A DNA stretch of 64,000 bases from Bacillota bacterium (GTDB lineage: Bacteria; Bacillota; DTU025), in contig JBMNJT010000008.1 of assembly GCA_050951805.1 (NCBI GenBank), positions 259,061 through 323,060 of the forward strand, in the 5' to 3' direction. Of the stretch, positions 49,044 to 59,046 are shown one piece after another. Positions within the stretch are counted from its first letter, which is position 1. Each line of letters begins with the position of its first letter. The notes beneath the pieces are model-generated. The model was not told the origin of the DNA. It saw nothing but the letters and a program-made list of their open reading frames with translations, and made no database searches. The position numbers and the translations under genes were made by a program.

Positions 49044-49056
49044 GGAGGATTTGATT

Positions 49057-50259
49057 ATGAGCAAAATACTGGAACTGCGTGAAAAACGCGCTAAAGTATG
49101 GGAAGCTGCTAAAGCTTTCCTCGACAGCAAACGCGGGAACGACGGACTGCTTTCACCGGAGGATACCGCTACTTATGAAAAAATGGAAGCCGACGTTATT
49201 GCGCTGGGCAAAGAAATAGAGCGTCTTGAGCGTCAGGCTGCCATAGATTTGGAACTGTCAAAACCGTTGAATATTCCTATTACAGACAAACCCACTTCCA
49301 TATCTGGCAACAATGAAAAAACCGGACGTGCCAGCGATGAGTACAGGCAGTCTTTCTGGAACATGATGCGCGGCAGGCGCAAATATGACGTACACAACGC
49401 GCTGCAGATTGGAGAGGACACCGAAGGTGGATATCTTGTTCCCGACGACTTTGAGCGTACTCTTGTGGAAGCACTGGAGGAGGAGAATATCTTTAGGCAG
49501 ATTGCCAATGTTATTACCACGTCCAGCGGTGACAAGAAAATTCCTGTGGTGGCAAGCAAGGGTACTGCATCCTGGGTGGATGAGGAAGGCCAGATTCCCG
49601 AAAGCGATGACTCCTTTGCACAGGTATCCATCGGCGCATATAAGCTGGCTACTATGATCAAGGTGTCAGAGGAGTTGTTAAACGATAGTGTATTTAACCT
49701 TGAACAGTATATAGCCAAAGAATTCGCCCGCCGAATCGGAGCAAAAGAGGAGGAAGCATTTTTTATCGGTGACGGATCTGGCAAGCCAACCGGTATCTTG
49801 GCGGATAACGGCGGTGGCGAGATAGGAGTAACTGCGGCGAGCGCAACAGCCATTACCCTTGACGAGATCATGGACTTGTTCTACAGCCTAAAGTCTCCGT
49901 ACCGCAGGAACGCTGTATTCATTATGAATGATTCGACAATTAAAGCTATAAGGAAGCTCAAAGACAACAACGGTCAGTATCTCTGGCAGCCTTCTGTAAC
50001 TGCTGGAACACCGGATACTATCCTCAATCGTCCAGTTAAAACTTCTGCATTTATGCCAGCCATTGCCGCTGGAGCAAAAACGATTGTATTCGGCGATTTT
50101 TCTTATTACTGGGTGGCAGACCGTCAAGGCAGGATTTTTAAGCGGCTTAATGAGTTGTATGCTGCGACCGGACAAGTTGGATTCATGGCAACCCAGAGGG
50201 TTGATGGAAAGCTGATTCTTCCAGAATCGATTAAATATCTGCAGATGAAAGCTTCCTAA
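49057..50259 (+). CDS. major capsid protein (HK97 family)
   Basis: N-terminal delta-like coiled region, then EGGYLVP and FARRIGAKEEEAFFIGDGSGKPTGIL motifs typical of HK97-fold capsids. Confidence 0.9.
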   Translation: MSKILELREKRAKVWEAAKAFLDSKRGNDGLLSPEDTATYEKMEADVIALGKEIERLERQAAIDLELSKPLNIPITDKPTSISGNNEKTGRASDEYRQSFWNMMRGRRKYDVHNALQIGEDTEGGYLVPDDFERTLVEALEEENIFRQIANVITTSSGDKKIPVVASKGTASWVDEEGQIPESDDSFAQVSIGAYKLATMIKVSEELLNDSVFNLEQYIAKEFARRIGAKEEEAFFIGDGSGKPTGILADNGGGEIGVTAASATAITLDEIMDLFYSLKSPYRRNAVFIMNDSTIKAIRKLKDNNGQYLWQPSVTAGTPDTILNRPVKTSAFMPAIAAGAKTIVFGDFSYYWVADRQGRIFKRLNELYAATGQVGFMATQRVDGKLILPESIKYLQMKAS

Positions 50260-50274
50260 GTTAGAGTTAGGCAG

Positions 50275-50559
50275 GTGAGGGTTTTGGCGGTTTCTTTGGA
50301 GGAAGCAAAGCTTTATTTGAGGGTTGATGGCGGTGAGGAGGATGCGCTCATCGCCGCCCTTATAGAAACGGCAAGTGAGCTGTGTGAAGGGGTGCTCAGA
50401 ATGAGCCTTGAGGATTTTGAAGAAATCCCCAAATCGGTAAACCAAGCGATACTGTACATCACCGCAAACTTGTACGAGCATCGAGAAGAACTTGACATGA
50501 AGGTAGTGGAGGATGTTGTAAAAAGATTGCTGTCTCCATTTCGGAAAGAAGGTTGGTGA
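50275..50559 (+). CDS. head-tail connector protein (gp6-like)
   Basis: The pattern LEEAKLYLRVDGGEEDALIAALIETASE is characteristic of phage gp6-like connectors. Confidence 0.7.
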   Translation: MRVLAVSLEEAKLYLRVDGGEEDALIAALIETASELCEGVLRMSLEDFEEIPKSVNQAILYITANLYEHREELDMKVVEDVVKRLLSPFRKEGW

Positions 50560-50617
50560 TTGTATTAACATCGGCGATCTTAGACACAGGATAGCTATCC
50601 TGGAGTTCACAACCTAC

Positions 50618-50887
50618 ATGGATGAATGGGGGAATCAGATTTCAGACTGGATTGAGACTGATCATCTTTGGGCTAGGGTTTCTAACATTCATGGCCGGGA
50701 GTACTTTGCAGCAGCTGCAGTCCAATTAGAAAAGATGCTTGTTTTTACCACTAGATACAGAGAAGGTTTGGATGAATCGATGCGGATACGATTCCAGGGA
50801 CACGATTATGATATCAAGTTCGTTGATAACATTAAATACCAAAACAGGTATATGGAAATCAAGGCTATGTTGACCGATGCCCAGTAG
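50618..50887 (+). CDS. phage head-closure/head-tail adaptor protein; N-terminus lacks a canonical start
   Basis: Family-typical sequence INIGDLRHRIAILEF continues in frame upstream, from 50564. That stretch has no ATG, GTG or TTG; ATT sits where ATG is expected. The first ATG is at 50618. Confidence 0.6.
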   Translation: MDEWGNQISDWIETDHLWARVSNIHGREYFAAAAVQLEKMLVFTTRYREGLDESMRIRFQGHDYDIKFVDNIKYQNRYMEIKAMLTDAQ

Positions 50888-50936
50888 ACAATCGAAAACA
50901 TACCGGTTGTGACCGTTTAAGAAGAGGTGGTGAAGA

Positions 50937-51338
50937 ATGGATCTATTGGTGGAGCTAACCAAGCTTGTGCTTCCCTTTGTGGGAGTCATGTTGAGTTTTG
51001 CTGTGGCCTACGGTGCAGAGTTTTTCAGACAGAAGTCAAAGAGTGAGGTAGCAAATCGGGCAATCAACTCTGTCGAAAATATAGTACAGGCGGCGGTGCT
51101 TGAAGCGCAACAGACTGTGGTTGATAACCTAAAAGAGTTAAATGGCGGCAAACTTACCGATGAGGAAAAAGTGCAGATTAAGAGTAGTGTGCTGGCTGCT
51201 GTAAAAGCTCGATTGACTGAGGAAACGATTAATGAGTTAAGAGGAATAACCGCTGATGTAGAAGGGTATCTGACCAGCTTAATTGAGTCCCGTGTCCATA
51301 TTCACAAAGAATTCCGTGGTGTTATTGGGGGAAAGTAG
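50937..51338 (+). CDS. membrane-anchored phage protein, possibly LL-H-type holin
   Basis: N-terminal TM helix (LVLPFVGVMLSFAVAYGAEFF) followed by a long charged helical tail. Resemblance to LL-H holins is from memory only. Confidence 0.4.
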   Translation: MDLLVELTKLVLPFVGVMLSFAVAYGAEFFRQKSKSEVANRAINSVENIVQAAVLEAQQTVVDNLKELNGGKLTDEEKVQIKSSVLAAVKARLTEETINELRGITADVEGYLTSLIESRVHIHKEFRGVIGGK

Positions 51339-51509
51339 CAGGGCCTTCGCTTTCACTTGGTCCGATTGCAATTAGAACCACTAGCGATGGTGGATTGGGT
51401 ATCCAGTATGAATCAGGGAATTTGCTAGATGGGCGATTGCTGGCGGCCATATCTGTGAGTAGGGAGCGAGGTCCTAACTTTGGTTTTCAATGGAAAAAAG
51501 TATTTTGAG

Positions 51510-51544
51510 GAACGTCTGTTTTCGGGCAGGCGTTCTTCTATTTT
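51510..51544 (+). terminator. rho-independent terminator
   Basis: GAACGTCTG-ttttcggg-CAGGCGTTC stem-loop followed by TTCTATTTT. Confidence 0.6.
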
Positions 51545-51568
51545 GCCCACGAAAGAGGTGGTTTAGGT

Positions 51569-51988
51569 TTGCGGGAAATATGCAAGCATCTGCAATTTAT
51601 GTTTGCAGGTCTTGGTGCCTGGTTGGGGTGGTTCTTAGGCGGCTATGATGGCTTTATATACACTTTAGTTGCGCTGGTGACCATCGATTACATTACTGGT
51701 GTCATGCGAGCTTTTGTTGAGAAGCAACTATCAAGCGAAATCGGGGCGAGGGGTATTGTCAAAAAGGTGCTCATATTCACTCTCGTGGGCATAGGGCACA
51801 CCATAGACAGTCAGGTACTTGGCGGCGGCAATGCAATTCGTACTGCCGTCATTTTCTTTTATCTAAGTAACGAGGGAATTTCAATTCTTGAGAATGCAGC
51901 ACATATAGGACTGCCCATTCCTGAAAAGCTGAAGAACGCATTGGAACAACTGCATGGCCACTCAAATGAGGAGGATGAAAAGAAATGA
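51569..51988 (+). CDS. phage holin (holin 4 / TcdE-like family)
   Basis: [23 protein letters not shown]...[15 protein letters not shown]...[23 protein letters not shown] is the conserved holin_4_1 pattern. It lies immediately upstream of the endolysin and overlaps it. Confidence 0.8.
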   Translation: MREICKHLQFMFAGLGAWLGWFLGGYDGFIYTLVALVTIDYITGVMRAFVEKQLSSEIGARGIVKKVLIFTLVGIGHTIDSQVLGGGNAIRTAVIFFYLSNEGISILENAAHIGLPIPEKLKNALEQLHGHSNEEDEKK

Positions 51989-52989
51989 AGCTTTTTACTA
52001 AATACATGACGCGAAACGATTGCTATACAGCAGGCCGCAAAATCACGCCTAAAGGAATCATGGTACATTCGACGGCTGTGCCGGGTGTAATGGCGGCTGA
52101 GTGGTTTTCCCGTTGGAACAAATCTTACAAGGCCGGCGAAATAAATAGGCAGGTATGTGTTCACGCTTTTGTAGACGATAAAGAGGTTTGGCAATACCTG
52201 CCTTGGGATCATCGCGGGTGGCATGCGGGAGGAGCAGCCAACAATACCCATATTGGCTTTGAAATCTGTGAGCCTGCTGGGTTTTCGTATAAATCCGGGT
52301 CGGTAATGGTGGGTTATGATGCAGCAAAGCAGGAAGATTATTTCCGTAAAGCGTGGCAGAATGCTGTTGAACTCTGCGTTATGCTCTGCAAGAAGTACGG
52401 TCTTAATGAGAATGACATCATCTGCCACTCCGAAGGATATAAGCTCGGTATTGCCAGCAACCATGCTGATGTGATGCACTGGTTTCCCAAGCATGGGGAG
52501 AATATGGACACTTTCCGTAAAGCAGTAAAAAAAGCGCTGGAGAACAGTACAGATATCAATACTGATATTGGAATTGGAGATATGGTGGAGTTTAAGGTCA
52601 GTGTAAAGAATTACTACCCCGGCAGTGTGGAAGTTCCAACGTGGGTCAAAAATGACTATTACCACAGGGTCACACAGACTTTATACAAAGGCAAGCCGGT
52701 CATAAAAGGCGGCAAAGAATGTGTATTGCTTGGCAAAAAGGTTAAGAAATCCGGCGGTCAAGAGATTGCAGGCATAAACACTTGGGTAGCAAAAGAAAAC
52801 CTTGTAATTGTAAACAGCATTCCTGATAACAAGGGCAATAGAACCTATACAGTGCAAAAAGGCGACACCTTATGGAGAATAGCGGAAAAAGAACTCGGTA
52901 GAGGAACAAGATATCCGGAGATTAAGAAACTCAATGGCCTGACTTCAGATACTATTTACCCCGGACAAGTTCTCAAATTGCCGGAATAA
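51985..52989 (+). CDS. endolysin: N-acetylmuramoyl-L-alanine amidase with C-terminal LysM
   Basis: Amidase_2/PGRP-like N-terminal domain (GIMVHSTA..., [23 protein letters not shown]). C-terminal LysM ([15 protein letters not shown]...[16 protein letters not shown]). Confidence 0.9.
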   Translation: MKLFTKYMTRNDCYTAGRKITPKGIMVHSTAVPGVMAAEWFSRWNKSYKAGEINRQVCVHAFVDDKEVWQYLPWDHRGWHAGGAANNTHIGFEICEPAGFSYKSGSVMVGYDAAKQEDYFRKAWQNAVELCVMLCKKYGLNENDIICHSEGYKLGIASNHADVMHWFPKHGENMDTFRKAVKKALENSTDINTDIGIGDMVEFKVSVKNYYPGSVEVPTWVKNDYYHRVTQTLYKGKPVIKGGKECVLLGKKVKKSGGQEIAGINTWVAKENLVIVNSIPDNKGNRTYTVQKGDTLWRIAEKELGRGTRYPEIKKLNGLTSDTIYPGQVLKLPE

Positions 52990-52996
52990 CGATAAA

Positions 52997-53028
52997 GGAC
53001 AGCCAATCGCGGCTGTCCCAAGTTTTTA
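52997..53028 (+). terminator. rho-independent terminator-like hairpin after the endolysin
   Basis: GGACAGCC-aatcgc-GGCTGTCC perfect 8-bp stem followed by CAAGTTTTTA. Confidence 0.55.
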
Positions 53029-53042
53029 TAGGAGGTGCTTGA

Positions 53043-53261
53043 ATGATAGAGGCGGCTAATCATTTACCATATAACCCGCAGGAAACGAACTATACAAAGA
53101 TAACACAGGAGGAAATTCAAAGAGAGGTTGATTACTGGCGGGCATATAAAATCCTGCAAAAGATGCTTAAGGCGGGACTGATTTCAGAGGAAGAATTCCA
53201 CAAAATCGACAAGTTAAATCTTAAAACTTTCTCTCCGATGTACGCACAGCTTATGGCCTAA
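53043..53261 (+). CDS. small hypothetical protein (SHOCT-like C-terminal motif)
   Basis: 72 aa. GLISEEEFHKIDKL resembles SHOCT-type short helical domains. Good RBS (GGAGGTG). Confidence 0.4.
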   Translation: MIEAANHLPYNPQETNYTKITQEEIQREVDYWRAYKILQKMLKAGLISEEEFHKIDKLNLKTFSPMYAQLMA

Positions 53262-54016
53262 TTAGCTTGCTATTAGCGGCACACAGAGGTAACATGTCAC
53301 ATACCCAAAGGAGGTGAAAACAGTGAGAAAGGTAACAAGGATTGATGGAAACAATGCTCTCCAAGCTTTCAAGCCAAAGGTGAGAGTAGCGGCTTATTGC
53401 AGGGTTTCAACCGACAGTGATGAGCAAATGGCAAGCCTGGAAGCACAAAAAGACCATTATGAATCCTATATAAAAGCAAATCCTGATTGGGAATTTGCAG
53501 GGATTTACTATGATGAAGGCATTTCAGGTACAAAAAAGGAGAACCGGACTGGACTTTTAAGGCTGCTTGCAGATTGTGAAAACAAGAAAATTGACTTTAT
53601 TATAACCAAGTCAGTCAGCAGATTTGCCAGAAACACAACCGACTGCATTGAGATGGTGCGAAAACTTACCGATCTCGGTGTTTTCATCTATTTCGAGAAA
53701 GAGAATATAAACACGCAGCGCATGGAAGGCGAATTGGTGCTGACAATTTTGAGCAGTCTTGCAGAAAACGAGTCATTATCCATTGCAGAAAATAGTAAGT
53801 GGTCTATCAGGCGCAGGTTTCAAAACGGAACATACAAGATTTCATATCCTCCCTATGGTTACGATTATGTGGATGGAAAGCTATTTATCAATAAAGAACA
53901 GGCTGAAATCGTAAAGCGGATTTTTTCCGAGGCTTTGGCCGGTAAAGGCACACAGAAAATTGCAGATGGGCTAAATTCCGATAAAATCCCAACAAAGAGA
54001 GGTTCGCATTGGACAG

Positions 54017-55624
54017 GGTCACGTCTTGTCAAGTGGTGTAAATTGTCGCCGTGATTCTCCTCGCAATTGAGGTTCCTTAGTATTATTGGGTAAGCTTGTG
54101 CTTACGGTTTTCGGTGCTGCACACGGCGCATATGAGGTTATTCAATGCCACGGCCCTCAGTTTCGTCCGGTGGGCGCCGCCGCCTAGGAGCCACATTGGG
54201 GGCTCCTTGCCGGCGGCGGCGCTGTGCAGCATGCGCTTGAATGGACAGTTTGTGCCGAGCTTCAGAAGAACGCAAGTTTTGGCGTATGCCTAATCAACCG
54301 GAGGAAGCGCCATCGTTGCATCAGTCGGCGGCAACAGTTTGCTCATAGACTCCTGGCTGAAATACCTGCGCAATACGATCCACTCGTCGTTCTGCTCCAT
54401 CATTACTGCTCCCAGAAGCCTTAGCGCGGACTCGTCGTTGGGGAATATGCCTACTACATCAGCGCGACGTTTGATCTCCTTATTCAGCCTCTCAAGAGGG
54501 TTGGTCGAATGAATCTGTCTGTGATGCTCTTTCGGGAACGCCATGTACGCGAGAATGTCATCTTCACACTCACATAGCATCTGCGCAACTTTGGGAAACC
54601 TCTCTTCCAGGGTGGCTGCAACTTGCCGCAGTTGGGCCTTGGCGGTCGCCTGATCAGGTTGGGCGAATATTGTTCGAATGTAGGCGGCGACCATTTGCTG
54701 AGCTCCTCGCGGTACATGGGCCAAAGCGTTTCGCATGAAATGCACTGTGCATCTCTGCCATGATGCCCCCAGCAGAGCCTTCCGTATTGCATTCTTAAGC
54801 CCTTCATGGGCGTCGCTTATCACAAGTTGTACTCCGCTTAGACCCCTTGATGTCAGATCCTTGAGGAATTCATACCAGAATGGCTCGCTCTCACACGGAC
54901 CTATGGCGAAGCCCAGGATCTCGCGTTCGCCGGTCATCTTGACGCCTAGAGCTATTACCAAGGCTTTGTTCACCACGCGGTGATTCGACCTGATCTTCAG
55001 ATATGTCGCATCCAGCCATAGATATGGATACGGCCCTTCAAGCGGTCTGTTGCGGAATAGGTTCACTTCCTCATCCAGTTCCTTTGCAATCCTCGAAACC
55101 TCGCTCTTGTCGATGCCATCGAGGCCTAAAGCTCTTACAAGGTCATCTACCTTGCGTGTGCTAACACCGTGAACGTAAGCTTCCTGAACTACTGATAGGA
55201 TAGCTTTCTCAGTCATCTTGCGAGGCTCTAGAAAGCTGGGAAAGAAACTTCCTTCTCTGAGCTTGGGTATCCTCAGATCGAGCTTGCCAACTCGCGTTTC
55301 CCATGACCTGTCCCTATACCCATTCCGGCTATTGCATCTTTCCGGTGTTCGCTCATATCTATCCGCCCCGATCACTGTTGCAGCTTCCAGCTCAATGAGC
55401 CTTTGAGTTAAAAGCTGCGCGCCTTCCCTCAGAAAATCTGTGTCCGCGTCCATCCCTATCTGGTGTAGAATGTCCAAAAGTGATATGTTTCTCTTAACAG
55501 CTGCCATCGTGGTTACCTCCTCGGTTTGTTTTGGTATTACATCCGAAGAGAATCACATGGCGGCTGTTTCGTCAATACCCCAAAATCCTTCTGCCGAATT
55601 TACACCACTACTTGAGACTCTAAC
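54017..55624 (-). mobile_element. IS256-family insertion sequence (GC-rich)
   Basis: Flanked by a perfect 8-bp direct repeat TTGGACAG (54009-54016 and 55625-55632). Imperfect 28-bp terminal inverted repeats (19/28 matches) end in GGTGTAAATT. One mutator-type transposase gene. Confidence 0.85.
54290..55507 (-). CDS. IS256-family (mutator-type) transposase
   Basis: 405 aa with family-typical sequence ([84 protein letters not shown]). Confidence 0.9.
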   Translation of the reverse strand: MAAVKRNISLLDILHQIGMDADTDFLREGAQLLTQRLIELEAATVIGADRYERTPERCNSRNGYRDRSWETRVGKLDLRIPKLREGSFFPSFLEPRKMTEKAILSVVQEAYVHGVSTRKVDDLVRALGLDGIDKSEVSRIAKELDEEVNLFRNRPLEGPYPYLWLDATYLKIRSNHRVVNKALVIALGVKMTGEREILGFAIGPCESEPFWYEFLKDLTSRGLSGVQLVISDAHEGLKNAIRKALLGASWQRCTVHFMRNALAHVPRGAQQMVAAYIRTIFAQPDQATAKAQLRQVAATLEERFPKVAQMLCECEDDILAYMAFPKEHHRQIHSTNPLERLNKEIKRRADVVGIFPNDESALRLLGAVMMEQNDEWIVLRRYFSQESMSKLLPPTDATMALPPVD

Positions 55625-56734
55625 TTGGACAGCGACAACTATCCGCGGCATTTTAAGCAATGAAAAATATACTGGGGATGTCCTTCTGCAAAAAACCTAT
55701 ACAGATGAGAATTTTAAGCGGCATTATAATCATGGGGAAAAAGATCAATACATGATAAAAGATCATCATGAAGCCATTATATCCCATGAGGAATTTGAAG
55801 CCGCCCAAGAGATATTAAAGCAAAGAGGAAAAGAAAAAGGTGTAATTAAGGGAAGCAGCAAGTATCAAAAACGCTACCCTTTCTCTGGGAAAATCAAATG
55901 CGCAGAATGTGGCAGCAATTTTAAGCGTCGAATTCATGGCAGCGGTGACCGTAAATATATTGCATGGTGCTGCACAAAGCACATAAAGGACGCATCAAGC
56001 TGTTCCATGAAGTTTGTCAGAGAGGATGCGATCCATCAGGCCTTCGTTGTAATGATCAATAAGCTTATTTTCGGTCATAAATTCATTCTAAGGCCATTGT
56101 TGCAAAGCTTAAAGAAAACAAATTACTCAGATAATCTAGCGAAGATTCAAGAATTGGAAACAAAAATCAAAGAAAATACAGAGCGAGTTCAGGTGATTAT
56201 GGGACTTATGGCCAAAGGATACCTGGAACCCGCTCTTTTTAATACACAGAAAAATGAGCTGCTCAAAGAAGCGGTTTTATTAAAAGAACAAAAAGAAGCC
56301 ATAAAACGCGCAATCGATGGGAGTCAGACTATCCTTGTTGAGGTTGAGAAGCTTCTTAAATTTACATCGAAGGCTGAAAAGCAGATTGATGCATTTGATA
56401 GCGATATATTTGAGAATTTTACCCGTGAAATCATTGTGTTTTCACAAGAAGAAATAAGTTTCAAAATGAAATGCGGGTTGAACTTAAGAGAAAGGCTGGT
56501 GAAATGATGAGCCATATACCTTTTGGATATACCATTCAAAACGGCAGGGCTGTCGTTAATGAAGAGGAAGCAGTTAAGATTGAGAAACTATTTGAGTGTT
56601 TTCGGCATAATAGAAATACAGAGAACGGCAGCCAAAATGTCACAGGAGAAATTGAAGATTAAGAAGGCATAACCACCACGCCACAAGAATACCTCCCTAG
56701 ATTTGGCTGTGACCAATAGGGGAGGTAACGTGGA

Positions 56735-58258
56735 GTGATCGCTATGCCTGTACAGTATTATATCAAGCATGCCTTCGAAAACGAAGGTGCATCTATCAGC
56801 GAAATTGCCAGGAAAGTCGACGTGTGTTGGAGAACGGCGGCAAAATATGCTTACAAGGAGGACTGGAATGAATCGCCGCCTACGGTTAGAAAGAAGCGTA
56901 GGCCTGTAATGGATCCCGTGGCAGACATTGTAGATACCTGGCTGCTTGAGGATCAGTTGCTGCAGAGAAAGGATCGGCGCAATGCTGCAGCCATCTATAG
57001 GGAGCTGCGAGATAAACATGGCTTTAAAGGCAGTGAACGCACAGTTAGGGAGTATGTTCGAAATCGGCGGAAAGAGTTGCTCAAGGAAGAACCCGAACCC
57101 ACGGCCTACGTTGAACTCGTGCACGAACCTGGAGAAGCCCAGGCGGATTTCGGAACAATCCGCTGTGTTCGGGATGGAAAGATCGTGGAAGCCAAGGCGC
57201 TTGTTCTTTCGTTTCCATGGTCAAACGCTGGCTTTGCGGTTCCAATGCCATCAGAGAACGGTGAGTGCCTTCTGGAGGGTCTTCGCCTTCTGTTTGAGCA
57301 GGCAGGGGGTGTGCCGCAGAGGCTAGTATTGGACAATGCGACGACTATGGTAGCAACCATAGGGAAGGGCGAAGAACGCACGCTTACGGAGGCGTTCATG
57401 CGCTTTCAGCTCCATTATCGCTTCGATGTTGATTTCTGTGCGCCGGCTCGAGGCAACGAGAAAGGAAATGTTGAAAACAAGGTAGGATACTCACGCCGGC
57501 AATGGCTATGCCCTCTTCAGCCCCTCAACAGTTTCGAGGAGCTCGGCGAACAACTAGCAATTAAGGCTATCCGCGACATGGATCGCATTCATTACAAGAA
57601 GGGCAGGACTATAGCCGACATGTGGCGAGAAGAGCAATCAGCGTTGCTGCCGCTCCCAAGCGTTCCATTCGAGGCTGTGCGGCTTGATGCTGCAGTATTA
57701 AACAACTATGCTCAATTCCGCTTCGAGTCGGAAACCTATTCAGTGCCACAGGGGAGACCACGGCAGAAGGTTTTGCTCAGTGTGTATTGGGATCGCATCG
57801 AGGTGCGGAACCGGGAAGGCGAAGCGCTCACAACGCTGCCAAGGCACTACATGCTCAAAGAGCAACCAATTGACTGGCTGGCCCATTTTGAGATCTACTC
57901 ACGTAGGCCACGAGCTGCCGTGCATTCAGCTATGTTCCGCTATCTTCCGAAGGCGGTCCAAGCCTACCTCAAGGAGGCGAATGCATCGGAACGGTCAGCT
58001 AGAGTACGGTTCGTGAGAGACATGCTGAAGATGTATTCCATAGACGAAGTAGCTGAGGCGCTTGAGGCGTTGCCAGCCGATAGGCGCGCCAACCCCGCGA
58101 ACGTTGAGCTCAAGCTGTATGCGCTTAACCCCGAAAACGGGCTTCCCGAACCTATTGCCGAGGGATACACGCCAATTGAAGTAGCAGCTTACAATCCAGA
58201 TTCCGCAGTCTACGACAAGCTCTTGCCTGCACGGGCTGAAGGAGTGGTCAAGGCATGA
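56735..58258 (+). CDS. istA: IS21-family transposase IstA
   Basis: 507 aa. N-terminal HTH (ASISEIARKVDVCWRTAAKY), a DDE core (GEAQADFG...LVLDNATT...GNEKGNVENKVGY) and a typical C-terminal domain. Confidence 0.9.
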   Translation: MIAMPVQYYIKHAFENEGASISEIARKVDVCWRTAAKYAYKEDWNESPPTVRKKRRPVMDPVADIVDTWLLEDQLLQRKDRRNAAAIYRELRDKHGFKGSERTVREYVRNRRKELLKEEPEPTAYVELVHEPGEAQADFGTIRCVRDGKIVEAKALVLSFPWSNAGFAVPMPSENGECLLEGLRLLFEQAGGVPQRLVLDNATTMVATIGKGEERTLTEAFMRFQLHYRFDVDFCAPARGNEKGNVENKVGYSRRQWLCPLQPLNSFEELGEQLAIKAIRDMDRIHYKKGRTIADMWREEQSALLPLPSVPFEAVRLDAAVLNNYAQFRFESETYSVPQGRPRQKVLLSVYWDRIEVRNREGEALTTLPRHYMLKEQPIDWLAHFEIYSRRPRAAVHSAMFRYLPKAVQAYLKEANASERSARVRFVRDMLKMYSIDEVAEALEALPADRRANPANVELKLYALNPENGLPEPIAEGYTPIEVAAYNPDSAVYDKLLPARAEGVVKA

Positions 58259-59046
58259 CAGACTCTTTGCTTCAGAAGCAGTGTAAGATGCTCAAACTCG
58301 GTTCGGTGAGCCAGACCTACAATGAAATACCCTTTGAAAGCAGAGAGCAATTCCTGACTGATCTATTTGCAGAAGAGCTAAGAAACCGAGAGAAGAATCG
58401 AAACCGGCGAAGGTTGAAGCGTGCAGGGTTTCCGCAAACCAAGACGCTGGAGGAGTTCTCCTGGGACAACATCATATTGCCGCCCCAAACCACGATAGAA
58501 CATCTAACCGAACTGAGGTTCATCGATGAGAAGGAGTCCCTGATTTGCATGGGCGGCGTGGGGACAGGCAAAACTCATCTTGTGATAGCGCTGGGGCTTA
58601 AGGCTGTCCTCAGCGGAAAGGAGGTCCGATTCTTTCAGACAGTTGATCTGGCAAACCGCTTGCTGGAGAAGAACGCAAAAGGGACTCTTGGAAGCTTAAT
58701 ACGCGATCTCGAATCATGCGATCTGCTTATCGTGGATGAACTGGGCTTCCTACCTCTACCCCGTCACGCAGCAGAGCTCTTGTTCCAAGTAATCGCCAGC
58801 TGCTATGAGCGCCGAAGCGTAGCCATCACTACGAACCTTGAGTTCGGACAATGGAACACGGTAATCAACGACAGCCGGCTCACTGCCGCGCTCATTGACA
58901 GGCTTGTTCATCACGGACATGTGCTTGCATTCACAGGGGAGAGCTACCGTCTACGGCACGCCCTCTCCCAATTGCATGTCCCAGATGACGTTGGAGGTGC
59001 CCACCCCCAACAAAACACTATTTACAAAAACGACCCGGCCCAATAG
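58255..59046 (+). CDS. istB: IS21-family helper ATPase IstB
   Basis: Walker A GGVGTGKTHLVIALG and Walker B LLIVDELGF. The start overlaps the istA stop. Confidence 0.9.
   Translation: MTDSLLQKQCKMLKLGSVSQTYNEIPFESREQFLTDLFAEELRNREKNRNRRRLKRAGFPQTKTLEEFSWDNIILPPQTTIEHLTELRFIDEKESLICMGGVGTGKTHLVIALGLKAVLSGKEVRFFQTVDLANRLLEKNAKGTLGSLIRDLESCDLLIVDELGFLPLPRHAAELLFQVIASCYERRSVAITTNLEFGQWNTVINDSRLTAALIDRLVHHGHVLAFTGESYRLRHALSQLHVPDDVGGAHPQQNTIYKNDPAQ

Larger units (their letters stand above)
53323..56507 (+). pseudogene. large serine recombinase, interrupted by an IS256-family element
   Basis: Resolvase catalytic domain ([25 protein letters not shown]) at 53323-54016. Removing 54017-55632 restores ...GSHWT|ATTIRGILSNEKYTGD..., followed by the recombinase/zinc-ribbon/coiled-coil C-terminus up to 56507. 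Confidence 0.85.

Noticed and set aside
54096-54424. Small GC-rich ORFs (54096-54293 and 54224-54424) next to the truncated recombinase.
   Set aside because: They lie inside the IS256 element, downstream of and overlapping the 3' end of the transposase gene on the opposite strand. There are no coding signals. They are part of the IS non-coding end.
55440-55632. The N-terminal part of ORF 55440-56507 ([17 protein letters not shown]...) as a genuine protein start.
   Set aside because: This segment is IS256 sequence (antisense to the transposase 5' end) read through into the recombinase 3' half. Real recombinase homology begins only after the target duplication at 55633.
56663-56682. Alternative left end of the GC-rich IS21 at about 56660, based on the inverted 10-mer CCACCACGCC / GGCGTGGTGG.
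   Set aside because: That boundary gives no target duplication and does not restore the interrupted gene. The 56597 boundary gives a perfect 7-bp duplication and an in-frame reconstruction. The 10-mer is more likely an internal transposase-binding repeat.
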